The notes: generated by a model not told the origin, from the letters alone. Counted from the stretch's first letter, positions 1 to 9,396 are shown. The stretch: 64,000 nucleotides of DNA from an uncultured Patescibacteria group bacterium (GCA_905478415.1 CAJQIG010000005.1:65598-129597), one strand, 5' to 3'. Translations and numbers: made by a program.

Positions 1-799
1 TTGCATTACTTTGGGTTATCATGCCTTCTTTAAGTAAATCTTGTAGTGCTTGAGGGTAATGATTTTTGTTCCCTTTAATTTTAGCCTGAAGGTTTTTTTC
101 ATTTAGAGACCCAGATTTAGTAAGATACCTGATAATCTCTCCCCTCACCTGCCGGGGTGAACCTTCAAAGCGAGATTGAGTGGTGTGGTGTTTGCTTTTT
201 CGACTGGGGTTGGGAACAATTTTTTTCAAGTATGAGCCATAATCCATAAGGGCTGCATACCACTCACGAGGATTTTTTGTATAGCGAGTTTCTGTAATCA
301 GCGGTAGTATTTGAGCATCGCTGATTTCACTTGTATTGGGAAAAAAATGATACAAAAAAATAGTTCTAATATTTGTTTCGATCACTGTCTCTGGGTTATT
401 GAAGGCAAAGACACTGACAGCACTGGCCGTATATGGGCCAATACCTGGCAAAGTTTGAAGTGCTTCTTTCGTTTTTGGAAATCTACCATCAAATGCAACA
501 GTAACTTTTTGTGCTGTTTGCCAGAGAAACTTAGCTCGACGATTATAGCCAAGGCCTTGCCAGTGAGCTAGGACGTTGGCCAGACTGCTTTCTGCCAATG
601 TTTGTATATCGGGAAATTGTCTCAAAAAGTTGGAGTATTTAGGAATAACTCGTTGCACTTGTGTTTGTTGCAACATTAGCTCGGAAACTAAAATTTTATA
701 GGGATCCTGAGTTTGTCTCCAAGGGAGTTCGGTTCGGCCATGGAGTGCGTACCACCTTAAGATATAGTTTTGAAATGCTGAGATCTGCGCGGCTTTCAT
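1..799 (-). CDS. mutY: A/G-specific adenine glycosylase (HhH-GPD family), runs off the window edge
   Basis: Manual translation from ATG 799: MKAAQISAFQNYILRWYALHGRTELPWRQTQDPYKILVSELMLQQTQVQRVIPKY. Absent from the ORF track because no stop lies inside the window. Confidence 0.9.
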   Translation of the reverse strand, partial: MKAAQISAFQNYILRWYALHGRTELPWRQTQDPYKILVSELMLQQTQVQRVIPKYSNFLRQFPDIQTLAESSLANVLAHWQGLGYNRRAKFLWQTAQKVTVAFDGRFPKTKEALQTLPGIGPYTASAVSVFAFNNPETVIETNIRTIFLYHFFPNTSEISDAQILPLITETRYTKNPREWYAALMDYGSYLKKIVPNPSRKSKHHTTQSRFEGSPRQVRGEIIRYLTKSGSLNEKNLQAKIKGNKNHYPQALQDLLKEGMITQSNA

Positions 800-863
800 C
801 GATCCAGCATAGCACATGCTATACTTACATACCTTTTTATATACAAACTACAGAAGGGGCAGT

Positions 864-2078
864 ATGTCTCAAGAAACAGAACAAGAAGCTAGTTTTGGTC
901 AAGAAATTATTGATCAAATAGTCCTTGAGCAGGAAGCTATTGCTCAAATAGCCTTTGTTTTAGAAACGGGTACCTACCAGGAAGTGGCTCAGGTAGGAAA
1001 AGCATTGACTGACGCAATTGCCACTTTTTCTGAGATAGTTGATGAAATAGGTATACTTTTTATAGAATCTCAAGAACATTTAGTGCAGGCACTTCTTCAG
1101 ACAAAATTGTTCCAGCAGTATGAAGAAAAAATTAGCCAAGCTGATCTCTTACTGCATCACTTTCCAAAAGGATCGCCCCTTTCTGTCAAAATTTTTACTG
1201 GCTATGTACCAACGATACTCGCTGGAGCTGAAACGTTTGCTCTTTCGGAAGACGAAGTAATTACTGTTTTTGAAAGGTGGATGCCTCATGTGCGAATAGC
1301 TGAGCAGTTAGCTAAGATTGAACTTTATACTGAGTACACACCTATAGCCAGAAGCATAGAAGCTTTGCTAGAAGATCAAGACATTCCTGAAGTCATTCGA
1401 GATATGTTTGAGATTGAGTTTGAAGCAGGAAAGTATGCACTAAGAAATAAAATTTTAGATAAAAAACCTCATTTTTTTCAACAAGATTCGCTTCCTTTTG
1501 AAAAAATAAGTGCTCGGTATGCTGCAATTTTAAATGATAAACAGCTCCTTTTGTTAGCGAAAACTCCAGCAGATACCATTGATGCATTTGTTTCCAAATC
1601 GGTAGCAGTACTTGATGCAACCGATATGAGAGAAAAATTGGATAGTAATCCTTATGAACACAGATATAGGAGAAGCATTGCTGAGTTGCCTTGGGTGACT
1701 GGTCATGGAAAGCCTTTAAGAAATGAGGTAAAACGGCTTGGTTTAACGGGACATGATTTTAAATTGTTATTCACAGTATCCCTAAATGATATTGAGTTGG
1801 CGATTTCATTTTTAGATATAGCAGCTTCTCTCGATGAATTACCTACAAAAGAATACGCGCTGATAGTTCGTCGGTATATAGAAAACTTTTTACGTAAAGA
1901 TGCAGTTGTGATTTCAGTTGGTGATAAACCTATCACCGTAAAGACAGATCAACCATGGCCAAAAGATTACTTACAACTATTTGAGTTTGTTCTAGAAGAT
2001 CTTGGAATTAAAAAATCAGATCCAGAGTTTTTACGTGCTTTAGAGAGAAACAGGAAAGTTAAAACAGACAAGAATTGA
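864..2078 (+). CDS. Hypothetical protein (~404 aa)
   Basis: Long ORF; ATG 864 is preceded by AGAAGGGG; no recognisable motif. Confidence 0.7.
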   Translation: MSQETEQEASFGQEIIDQIVLEQEAIAQIAFVLETGTYQEVAQVGKALTDAIATFSEIVDEIGILFIESQEHLVQALLQTKLFQQYEEKISQADLLLHHFPKGSPLSVKIFTGYVPTILAGAETFALSEDEVITVFERWMPHVRIAEQLAKIELYTEYTPIARSIEALLEDQDIPEVIRDMFEIEFEAGKYALRNKILDKKPHFFQQDSLPFEKISARYAAILNDKQLLLLAKTPADTIDAFVSKSVAVLDATDMREKLDSNPYEHRYRRSIAELPWVTGHGKPLRNEVKRLGLTGHDFKLLFTVSLNDIELAISFLDIAASLDELPTKEYALIVRRYIENFLRKDAVVISVGDKPITVKTDQPWPKDYLQLFEFVLEDLGIKKSDPEFLRALERNRKVKTDKN

Positions 2079-2370
2079 GATCGACTCTATTTTTTTTAAA
2101 AGTCACACCTTCTGCAAGAAGTTTTTTTCGTTGCACCTCTGCTCCACCAAATGCATAGGCTGGAGCTAGTTTGCCGTCTGAAAAAACAACTCGATGGCAG
2201 GGATACTTACTGTTATCGGGATTTGAGTGCAAAATTTTTCCAACGAGCCTTGGTGTTGGCAAAAAAAGGTCTTTGGCAATTTGGCCATAAGTGGTAACCT
2301 TGCCAACAGGAACTGTTGCAACGTACTCAAGAACTTGAAATTGGTATGTTTCAGTTGCTTTTTTTTTCAT
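2059..2370 (-). CDS. MGMT/alkyltransferase-like protein (O6-methylguanine DNA-binding domain)
   Basis: VPVGKVTTYGQIA and PCHRVV motifs. Confidence 0.9.
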   Translation of the reverse strand: MKKKATETYQFQVLEYVATVPVGKVTTYGQIAKDLFLPTPRLVGKILHSNPDNSKYPCHRVVFSDGKLAPAYAFGGAEVQRKKLLAEGVTFKKNRVDLNSCLF

Positions 2371-2726
2371 GAGTTACTTTTTTTTCTTCCTTTTCCTAAT
2401 TCTTTGAGCGTGTTCATAATGCTACGAGCTGGTTCTTCGAGTGTTTCTTCTAACTCTTCGGCAAGTCGGTCTGCTTCTGGAATTGAGTCGAGAACTGGCA
2501 AGCCTACTTCCAGAAGCATTGGAGTTTCTGGAGTAGTTCCAGCTGCTTCTTCTGCATAGCCATTGAGTTGGTCGTCTTCTTTACCTTCGGAGTTTTTGCT
2601 TCGATAGTATTTAATGAGTAATAGAATAGTTGCTCCAGCAACAGTACTCGCTAAAATAGTTGGCCAGTTTTCTTTTGTGAATTCTTTGGCGACATTGAGA
2701 TGAGGAGACTCTTTAGATTTTGACAT
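2367..2726 (-). CDS. Hypothetical single-TM membrane protein
   Basis: One hydrophobic segment followed by an acidic tail; 4-nt overlap with the MGMT start. Confidence 0.65.
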   Translation of the reverse strand: MSKSKESPHLNVAKEFTKENWPTILASTVAGATILLLIKYYRSKNSEGKEDDQLNGYAEEAAGTTPETPMLLEVGLPVLDSIPEADRLAEELEETLEEPARSIMNTLKELGKGRKKSNS

Positions 2727-2775
2727 AATAAAGTCAGTATACATGAAATAGATCACTAAACTATGAAGATACTGA

Positions 2776-2834
2776 GCTCGTGCTGGTTGAGGCTATCGCG
2801 ATCTTCAACTTGCATAGCGAACAATAGATTCAGC
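2776..2834. repeat. 59-bp direct repeat, copy A (50/59 identical to 3879..3937)
   Basis: Ungapped manual alignment with 9 mismatches. Confidence 0.9.
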
Positions 2835-2845
2835 TCATTGTTTCT

Positions 2846-3772
2846 TCAAATATACCTAGCCCAACGCTTTTCATCATTTAAAATACTCAGACACCATTTA
2901 TATGATGTCATATCGAAAGTATAGAGATTAGAAAAATAAAAAGCATAATAAAAACCGTATAAATCTAAATAAAGTATTATTTCTTCTCCATAATCAGCTA
3001 TTAGTAATTCTCTTACAAATGAAATATGTTTTGGAGTAATATTATCGCAAAGTGATAAAAAATTAATGTTTGCAACATCTAAGTTATGATCTCCTACACA
3101 AGTATGATCACTTATATCTAAAACAGTGGTAATTTGTAGCTCATCATTAACAAGAACATTATTTAGATAATAGTCACCATGAACAAAACTTTTTTTTGGA
3201 TCAATATTAAGTTTTGTATGTATCATTTTTTTTAAAGTTTTAAGTTTTAGATCAAAATTAACTACATCTTTACTTAGTCTTTCTTTTGTAAATTTAGTTT
3301 TTTGATCTAACTTGTTTAATAAAAACTCTTTCCAATTATCTGCTTGTAAAGAATTATCCAGTTCAAGAACTTGACCAAATCTACAATTATTCACATCAAT
3401 ACCCTTTAATGGCTTGAGAGCATTAATGTAATTTGTTAATGCTATTTCTTGTCGTTTTGACGATAGCTTTGAAAAAGCTGACTCTAAGTTTTCACCTTCT
3501 AGCCTAACTTCAATAGTATAGTGAATGTTATTTATAATTCCTATCTTTTCAATAAGTGGCGTCTGATATGGTAAATTTGCTTCTGAGATCTTTTGCTGAA
3601 ACTTTTGTAGTTTCTCTAAATATGATTGTGATGAATTTTTGTATATTTTAATAACTTTTTCATGATCAAGACTAAAAACATAGCCTTCCCCACCGTTACC
3701 AATTAATTGGTCTTGGGAAATGTTAAAGTGATTTAATACTGATTGGAATTTAGTTAGATCTTGAGATGTCAT
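2846..3772 (-). CDS. Aminoglycoside/choline phosphotransferase (APH)-family kinase
   Basis: IGNGGEG loop, VIK, Brenner-type HGDYYLNNVLV and VLD motifs; visibly more AT-rich than its neighbours. Confidence 0.8.
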   Translation of the reverse strand: MTSQDLTKFQSVLNHFNISQDQLIGNGGEGYVFSLDHEKVIKIYKNSSQSYLEKLQKFQQKISEANLPYQTPLIEKIGIINNIHYTIEVRLEGENLESAFSKLSSKRQEIALTNYINALKPLKGIDVNNCRFGQVLELDNSLQADNWKEFLLNKLDQKTKFTKERLSKDVVNFDLKLKTLKKMIHTKLNIDPKKSFVHGDYYLNNVLVNDELQITTVLDISDHTCVGDHNLDVANINFLSLCDNITPKHISFVRELLIADYGEEIILYLDLYGFYYAFYFSNLYTFDMTSYKWCLSILNDEKRWARYI

Positions 3773-3836
3773 TTGCTGATTATATCAGCAATGTAAAAGT
3801 TGAATATTTACAAAAACTGAATTTACTAGTATATGC

Positions 3837-3851
3837 CGGGGAAACAGGACT
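3837..3851 (-). repeat. Exact 15-bp duplicate of the tRNA-Pro 3' end (att-like)
   Basis: cggggaaacaggact occurs at 3837..3851 and at 3996..4010. Confidence 0.9.
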
Positions 3852-3950
3852 TCTCGTTCGCTTTGCTCTCTGCGAGATGCTCGTACTGGATGTGGCTATC
3901 GCAATTTGCTACTTGCATGGCGAACCATAGATTCAGCCCTTTGCTTGCTC
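3852..3950 (-). mobile_element. tRNA-linked non-coding element; contains repeat copy B (3879..3937)
   Basis: Lies between the tRNA-Pro terminator and the duplicated tRNA 3' end; shares motifs with 49165..49256. Confidence 0.55.
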
Positions 3951-3958
3951 CAATACAC

Positions 3959-3989
3959 AAAAAAACCCACCAAAAGGTGGATTTTTTTC
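3959..3989 (-). terminator. Rho-independent terminator after tRNA-Pro
   Basis: ccacc-aaaa-ggtgg hairpin with A/T tracts on both sides. Confidence 0.7.
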
Positions 3990-3994
3990 GTGTG

Positions 3995-4068
3995 TCGGGG
4001 AAACAGGACTCGAACCTGCGACCTCACGGTCCCAAACCGCGCACTCTAGCCATCTGAGCTATTCCCCG
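3995..4068 (-). tRNA. tRNA-Pro(TGG)
   Basis: Cloverleaf; anticodon arm CGCGG-TTTGGGA-CCGTG; T-loop GTTCGAGTCC. Confidence 0.95.
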
Positions 4069-4139
4069 TTTTTTAAAAGGACAGACTCGCATTATATACC
4101 AAGTAGTTTTAAAAAACGAGCAGCGGCTCTTTTTTTAAA

Positions 4140-4310
4140 CTAGTTCTTTTCGTCTTCAGAATCAAATAATGAAAGTACGTAGGCAAGTAAGTCTTTTCTG
4201 CGTTCAAATCGGGCCTCTTCTTTTTTTGTTTCCTCTGCTCTACTCTGATACCAACGACGCAACTCTTTTTCTGTAATTAGTTGAGGTTGCTGAGATTCTT
4301 TTTGAGCCAT
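4140..4310 (-). CDS. Small hypothetical protein (56 aa)
   Basis: MAQKESQQ... fills the gap between tRNA-Leu and tRNA-Pro; the longer ORF-track version overlaps the tRNA. Confidence 0.45.
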   Translation of the reverse strand: MAQKESQQPQLITEKELRRWYQSRAEETKKEEARFERRKDLLAYVLSLFDSEDEKN

Positions 4311-4328
4311 AAGGACCACATTGTTGTG

Positions 4329-4412
4329 TGCCGCGGGTGGGAATCGAACCCACACGATATTGCTATCACGAGATTTTAAGTCTCGCGCGTCTACCAATTC
4401 CGCCACCACGGC
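4329..4412 (-). tRNA. tRNA-Leu(TAA)
   Basis: Anticodon arm CGAGA-CTTAAAA-TCTCG, long variable arm, GTTCGATTCC. Confidence 0.95.
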
Positions 4413-4511
4413 ATGTATTTGATTTTTTAAAGACTTTCTGCGAACAAAAGTGATTATAGCACCAGATTTGTCTTACTTGAAGTAGAAGGCAAAGCCCTCT
4501 ATCATGGATAT

Positions 4512-7500
4512 ATGAGTATGGACCGAAGGCACACACCACCAGAATTGATTGATGCTTCGGATACAATGCGATCTGAAAAAAATACGGAGACAGATCACCC
4601 CTTTTTTTTAGATGAGCAACACAATGGTTCTCTTATCCTGGGTGGTGATTCCGTCTGGGAGGGAATGAAAGTAATTTTTCCTGGCCAAAGGCCTAGTTTT
4701 TTAAAGTCGATGGAGTCAACCATGATGAAGGAGCTCCAGGATCCAGTCTCACGTTTAGTGGGATTACTAGCGACGGTCACCGAACAATCATTTGCAACTG
4801 GTAACACTATGTACCGGGGAGAAGATCGAGATCAATTGGTCAAAAAAATTGTTAAAAATCTTTCTTCAAATGACACCTATAAAGACATCATTGATTCACT
4901 AGCTCTAAAAAGTGGAAAAATTGCTGATGAATTAGTCAAATTTTCCGTTTTTTTATTAAGTAATGCAAGTTTTTTAAGAGCCATTACTGGGTTTGTACTT
5001 GATAGTATGGATTCCTCTCAGGCTCCCTATAGGATTGAAAAATTTGATGCTGCGTTACGAGAAGCTACAAGTTGGACTGATCAACAGGAGCGTGGTGCCC
5101 ACCTTCGTGAACAAACAGCTCGGGGAAGGTATACTGTGCAGACTGAAATAGATTCAAGCATTTCTGATAGATTACTATTTTTATTGCAAACAAATAGAAT
5201 TAATCTTGATAGAAGTAGAATCATTGAGAAAGCTGTTCCAGTTGATAAAAAAGAAGAAGTGCTTTCTCGAGAAAGCGAACGAACCAAGCGCTCGGAGAGT
5301 TTGGGAAAAAGACTGCTTTCGAAATTGAAAAAACCAGAAAAAAATGAACTTCCAACGGGAAAGCCTTTAACTGAAGAGGATATAAAACGTCGTCAGGAGG
5401 AAAGAAAACAAGCTGAGAAAGATCTTCGAAAAGAACGATTAAAAGTAGATTACAGAGCTACCTTTGCAGCTTCAGTGATCAGTAGCAAGATTGAGTTGAT
5501 GAGAGAAGCTACTGAGTTTCTTACTACTGATTATGGTGAGTCGAAGAGCAAGATTCCTCTCACTACAAAAGTAATCAAATCAATCAAAGCATCTTTTACT
5601 GCAAATGGGTACAATGCCGAATCAGAAGCAGCCTTTTTACGTTTACAAGAGGTGTATCGTTTTGATTCAGAAAGTGATGCCGTTTTGGATATGCTTCACC
5701 AGCAATTTGGGTTAGACAGAGATTCACTAACAGCGTTATCACCTAAAGATGTGGGTAAGTTAATTACCAGAGCAAAGTCAATTGTTGTGCATGGTTTTAC
5801 TCGAGACGAAAAGCATCAATATCAAGAGCTTTCGTTTGGATCAGAACCAAAACATTTTGTTATTTCAGTCCATGGTTCTCCATATACCGTTGAGTATTAC
5901 AATCCAGAAGCTGGTTTTGTTACAAACGAAGAGCTGGTTAGAACAGTTCAAATATTAGAAAGGCAACATCTTTCTCAAGAATTTGACCCAGTGGCATTAG
6001 AGCAGCGGCAATTAGTTGCAGCGGTGTGGACTCAACTGAGTTATGACACAGATAAAAATGCTATTCTTACTGATCCAACATTATTAGAGGGTTTTATTTC
6101 TTCGGTTTTGAAAAAAGATGTTCCTGATCGAAAAAGAGTTATCGCAGACATACGGCAATCAATAATGCAATTAACTTTTGCTGATTTTTCAGTGTCCATT
6201 GGTGCTCAGGAAGTGCCCGAATTTGGGGCAGATGATCACAGTGGGGAAATGCTGAATCTTGTCTTTGGTGGTCAACATATAGATCTCTCAGATAATCTTT
6301 CCGAAGTTTTGAGTGAAGATGTTATTGATGATAACTCATTGCTCAAAGATCATAAACCAGTAGTGATGAGAATGAATGGTGGGTATGATCATGGTTGTAT
6401 TGATGGTCGAGAAGCAAATCAGACAAACTCAGAACTCTCACAGAGAGCTACAGAACGTTTTTTGAAGCCAAGTCATATTGAGGCTTTGAGATCTGATAAT
6501 CAAGACACTGCGCGTTACTCTCCATTAATGCTTGGTTTCACTTCCGAAGACGCTTCATATTTTGATCAAGAAAAAGTCATAACTGAGAACTACCAAGAAT
6601 ATGTGGTTTCTCTCCCTGCCGTTCCAGAAGCATTGGCTCGATCTCCCAAAAAACTTGCAGCAGAATTCACCGCTAGTTTACGGGAAGCACTTGCAAAGGA
6701 ATTGGAAGTACATTTAGAAGAGCTGAAAGCAATGAATAGCAATCAATTGATGCAGAATGCTGAAGAAATTATGTCATGGTATGTTGCTACTTCTACGGAA
6801 TCTTTATTAGAGACTCGCTTCCCAGAAGATTGGAAAGATTTTTTATACGAAAATCCAGATATCCGTCAAGAGAGTCCAAATGATATTCAAAGAAAAAAAG
6901 ATGAAGTCTATGACTTATCTCGAAAAGATGTGAGAGCAGATATTGCTGATTGGCTCAATGGTAGGTCGGTAGTTATTCAGTCTTTAGCCAAGGATAATAA
7001 CTTTACTTCATATGATTTTTCAAAAATTCTCAACTTTTATAATTCAATTGATGTAGACACTATTAAACCTAGCGAGTTCGCAGCATTTAGCGAACAAAAC
7101 TCCGAACTAGTTCAGGCAAAGGATAGGTATGATATTTTGACTCAATTGAAAGAAATTAAAAAATTGAGGAAGGTGTTGCGAAAAAGGCGAAAAGCTCTTA
7201 TGGCTGATAAGAAAAATGCTCTAGGAAGAGATTTGCAACGTGAGCCACTTCAGATGTCAGACAAAAAATTTGAAGAGTACTATGCTCGAATCAATAATCC
7301 AGAGTTAGCACAAATTGAGGAAGTTTGGCAAGTTGTGGGACGGGCTCTCAATCAACTGAATCAAATGTTTGTTAAACTTTTATATGATATTGAAGTTCAA
7401 GAAAAGATGGGTATTGAGCCGCTGATTGAAACATATAAAAATATGAATTTGGATCGAATCAGCTGGGTAACCTCAGTTCACTTTGCTGAGTCAGCAGCGG

Positions 7501-8504
7501 ACATTTTAACCTTTGTGAAGGACGGTATTCGTGATGCTCAAAAAATTATGCCTACAAGCAGAAATATTGCTGCTACTAATGAACGCATAAATTTTCATAC
7601 ACTCACAGGACATGAATCAGTCAAAAATACCTTAAGTTTATTTGCAGAGCATTGGGGTGGTAAAGATAAAAATGTTCCTGGTGGAAAGGAAGCAGCGGTT
7701 GATGCTTATAAAGAGCTGGTGCAGAATTATTTTTCTGTGTTTAGTATGCCTTTCCAGGCTGGAGTCGATCAAGCAAACAAACAAGTTTCAAACACCTCTG
7801 TTTTAAGTGCTGGTACTACAAAGGTAACTCAGTGGCTACTAGAAAAAACCTTAGCTGCTTTCGGAAATAAAAAAGTTTTAACACAGTATCGTTCTAAGGG
7901 ATTGGTCTCAGCTGTGCATTCAAAATCTGGAGTTGAGGGGAGAAAAGACTTAGTAGATCTTTCTCGTGCTGATTTGACCCCAGAAGAGCATGCAGAAGCA
8001 GTCATCGCCGAATTGCACGGACAATCCTCCTTCCACACTGCTCTTCCAGAAGGGGTAGTGCATGCACATGGTGTGACGTTTAACCATTTACCAGAATCGG
8101 CAGCTATCCACATTAAAGAAAGAATCTCTATTACTCCGGAACATCTTGATCAAATTGCCCAAGAGTTGCTCGGTCAGGAACGCTCACTTAGTCGCCAAGT
8201 TGTTGAAAAAGTCGTCCCAGGATTTTACTTTAAAAAACTCACCATAGAGCAACAAAAAGAAGCGGTTCGGATTGCAAAAAAGGAATCTGCACAGTGGGTC
8301 CACTCTTTTTACCGCTGGTATATATTTATAAACGTTATGAACAAAACTGATATTCCAGCCGTAGAGGCTGCACATGATGAGTGGGTAAGTTCTGATAGTC
8401 GAAAGTCATTTTCATCTTACTTTATGGACACCCAGTTAACTCAATATGGACTGAGTGATGAGACACTAGATTTTTATAAAAATGGTCCTAGCGAGATGCG
8501 CTAG
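4512..8504 (+). CDS. Large hypothetical protein (1330 aa) with an HxxxDG acyltransferase-like motif
   Basis: Uninterrupted 4-kb ORF containing YDHGCIDGREA. Confidence 0.8.
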   Translation: MSMDRRHTPPELIDASDTMRSEKNTETDHPFFLDEQHNGSLILGGDSVWEGMKVIFPGQRPSFLKSMESTMMKELQDPVSRLVGLLATVTEQSFATGNTMYRGEDRDQLVKKIVKNLSSNDTYKDIIDSLALKSGKIADELVKFSVFLLSNASFLRAITGFVLDSMDSSQAPYRIEKFDAALREATSWTDQQERGAHLREQTARGRYTVQTEIDSSISDRLLFLLQTNRINLDRSRIIEKAVPVDKKEEVLSRESERTKRSESLGKRLLSKLKKPEKNELPTGKPLTEEDIKRRQEERKQAEKDLRKERLKVDYRATFAASVISSKIELMREATEFLTTDYGESKSKIPLTTKVIKSIKASFTANGYNAESEAAFLRLQEVYRFDSESDAVLDMLHQQFGLDRDSLTALSPKDVGKLITRAKSIVVHGFTRDEKHQYQELSFGSEPKHFVISVHGSPYTVEYYNPEAGFVTNEELVRTVQILERQHLSQEFDPVALEQRQLVAAVWTQLSYDTDKNAILTDPTLLEGFISSVLKKDVPDRKRVIADIRQSIMQLTFADFSVSIGAQEVPEFGADDHSGEMLNLVFGGQHIDLSDNLSEVLSEDVIDDNSLLKDHKPVVMRMNGGYDHGCIDGREANQTNSELSQRATERFLKPSHIEALRSDNQDTARYSPLMLGFTSEDASYFDQEKVITENYQEYVVSLPAVPEALARSPKKLAAEFTASLREALAKELEVHLEELKAMNSNQLMQNAEEIMSWYVATSTESLLETRFPEDWKDFLYENPDIRQESPNDIQRKKDEVYDLSRKDVRADIADWLNGRSVVIQSLAKDNNFTSYDFSKILNFYNSIDVDTIKPSEFAAFSEQNSELVQAKDRYDILTQLKEIKKLRKVLRKRRKALMADKKNALGRDLQREPLQMSDKKFEEYYARINNPELAQIEEVWQVVGRALNQLNQMFVKLLYDIEVQEKMGIEPLIETYKNMNLDRISWVTSVHFAESAADILTFVKDGIRDAQKIMPTSRNIAATNERINFHTLTGHESVKNTLSLFAEHWGGKDKNVPGGKEAAVDAYKELVQNYFSVFSMPFQAGVDQANKQVSNTSVLSAGTTKVTQWLLEKTLAAFGNKKVLTQYRSKGLVSAVHSKSGVEGRKDLVDLSRADLTPEEHAEAVIAELHGQSSFHTALPEGVVHAHGVTFNHLPESAAIHIKERISITPEHLDQIAQELLGQERSLSRQVVEKVVPGFYFKKLTIEQQKEAVRIAKKESAQWVHSFYRWYIFINVMNKTDIPAVEAAHDEWVSSDSRKSFSSYFMDTQLTQYGLSDETLDFYKNGPSEMR

Positions 8505-8529
8505 ATCGAGATATAATTCCTCTGTCGTT

Positions 8530-8604
8530 GCGGGTGTAGTACAACGGCTAGTATAACTGCCTTCCAAGCAGTAGATGACGGTTCGATTCCGTTCACCCGC
8601 TCCA
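8530..8604 (+). tRNA. tRNA-Gly(TCC)
   Basis: Anticodon arm ACTGC-CTTCCAA-GCAGT; CCA encoded. Confidence 0.95.
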
Positions 8605-8611
8605 TATAAAG

Positions 8612-8638
8612 AAAGGTCCCCAAAAGGGACTTTTTTTA
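8612..8638. terminator. Bidirectional terminator between tRNA-Gly and rluB
   Basis: gtccc-caaaa-gggac hairpin plus T tract. Confidence 0.65.
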
Positions 8639-8653
8639 TGAACAAAGAGTGAA

Positions 8654-9376
8654 TTATTTTGTAAGTTCTGAAACTTCTTCTTCTGAGACTTCGATGTAGG
8701 GCAGATCGTTAAGATCACCTATAGTAAATGGTCCCATTTTGGTGCGGATGAGTTGTTTTGTGTCGTAGCCTACACGCTCGGTCATGCGTCTGATTTGACG
8801 GTTTCGACCTTCTTTAATAGTAATTTCAAGCCAGGTCCCGTGATCTTCTTTAGTCAAAATTTCTACCGTAGCTGGTTTTGTAAATCCATCCTTAAGTTTA
8901 ACGCCACGGCGTAGATGTTCCAGAGCTTTCCAAGTAGGAGTGCCATTCACAAGAACTTCATAGGTTTTAGGGATTTCAAATTTTGGATGAGTGAGTTTCT
9001 GTGCCAGTTCTCCATCGTTCGTGAGGAGCATAAGGCCCTGACTCTCTCTGTCTAGTCTACCAACAGGATAGAGGCGTTCAGCTATAGTAGGAATAAGATC
9101 TATAACAGCTCTCCTACCCATTTCGTCGGCGGTCGTTGAGATATAGCCAACAGGCTTATTAACTAAAAAATAGCGATGAGGCTGAGGTTTTGGAATTCTT
9201 TTCCCATCGATTGATACCGTGTCTGTGTTGGGGTTAACACGTTGACCAATGGTTGCTTTTTGACCGTTAACTGATACGATACCAGAGTCAATTAAGACTT
9301 CGGACTTCCTGCGAGAAGCAATTCCGGCTCGAGCAAGGAAGAGTTGCAACTTGATTGTTTTTTTATTGCTGTTCAT
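8654..9376 (-). CDS. rluB: rRNA pseudouridine synthase (RsuA/RluB family, S4 domain)
   Basis: LQLFLARAGIASRR, VGRLD and EGRNRQIRRM motifs. Confidence 0.9.
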   Translation of the reverse strand: MNSNKKTIKLQLFLARAGIASRRKSEVLIDSGIVSVNGQKATIGQRVNPNTDTVSIDGKRIPKPQPHRYFLVNKPVGYISTTADEMGRRAVIDLIPTIAERLYPVGRLDRESQGLMLLTNDGELAQKLTHPKFEIPKTYEVLVNGTPTWKALEHLRRGVKLKDGFTKPATVEILTKEDHGTWLEITIKEGRNRQIRRMTERVGYDTKQLIRTKMGPFTIGDLNDLPYIEVSEEEVSELTK

Positions 9377-9396
9377 ACTATAAACTCTTGTCTTTT

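Noticed and set aside
311-921. Plus-strand ORFs 311..571 and 661..921, and the many other short ORFs antisense to core genes
   Set aside because: Shadow frames of well-supported genes on the opposite strand or in another frame, with no motifs.
2846-3772. Confirmed aminoglycoside resistance gene
   Set aside because: Only the kinase-family motifs are visible; the substrate cannot be assigned from sequence.
3833-4057. 74-aa ORF (also 4366..4566 and the 5' part of 4140..4409)
   Set aside because: These are translations across tRNA genes and the non-coding element.
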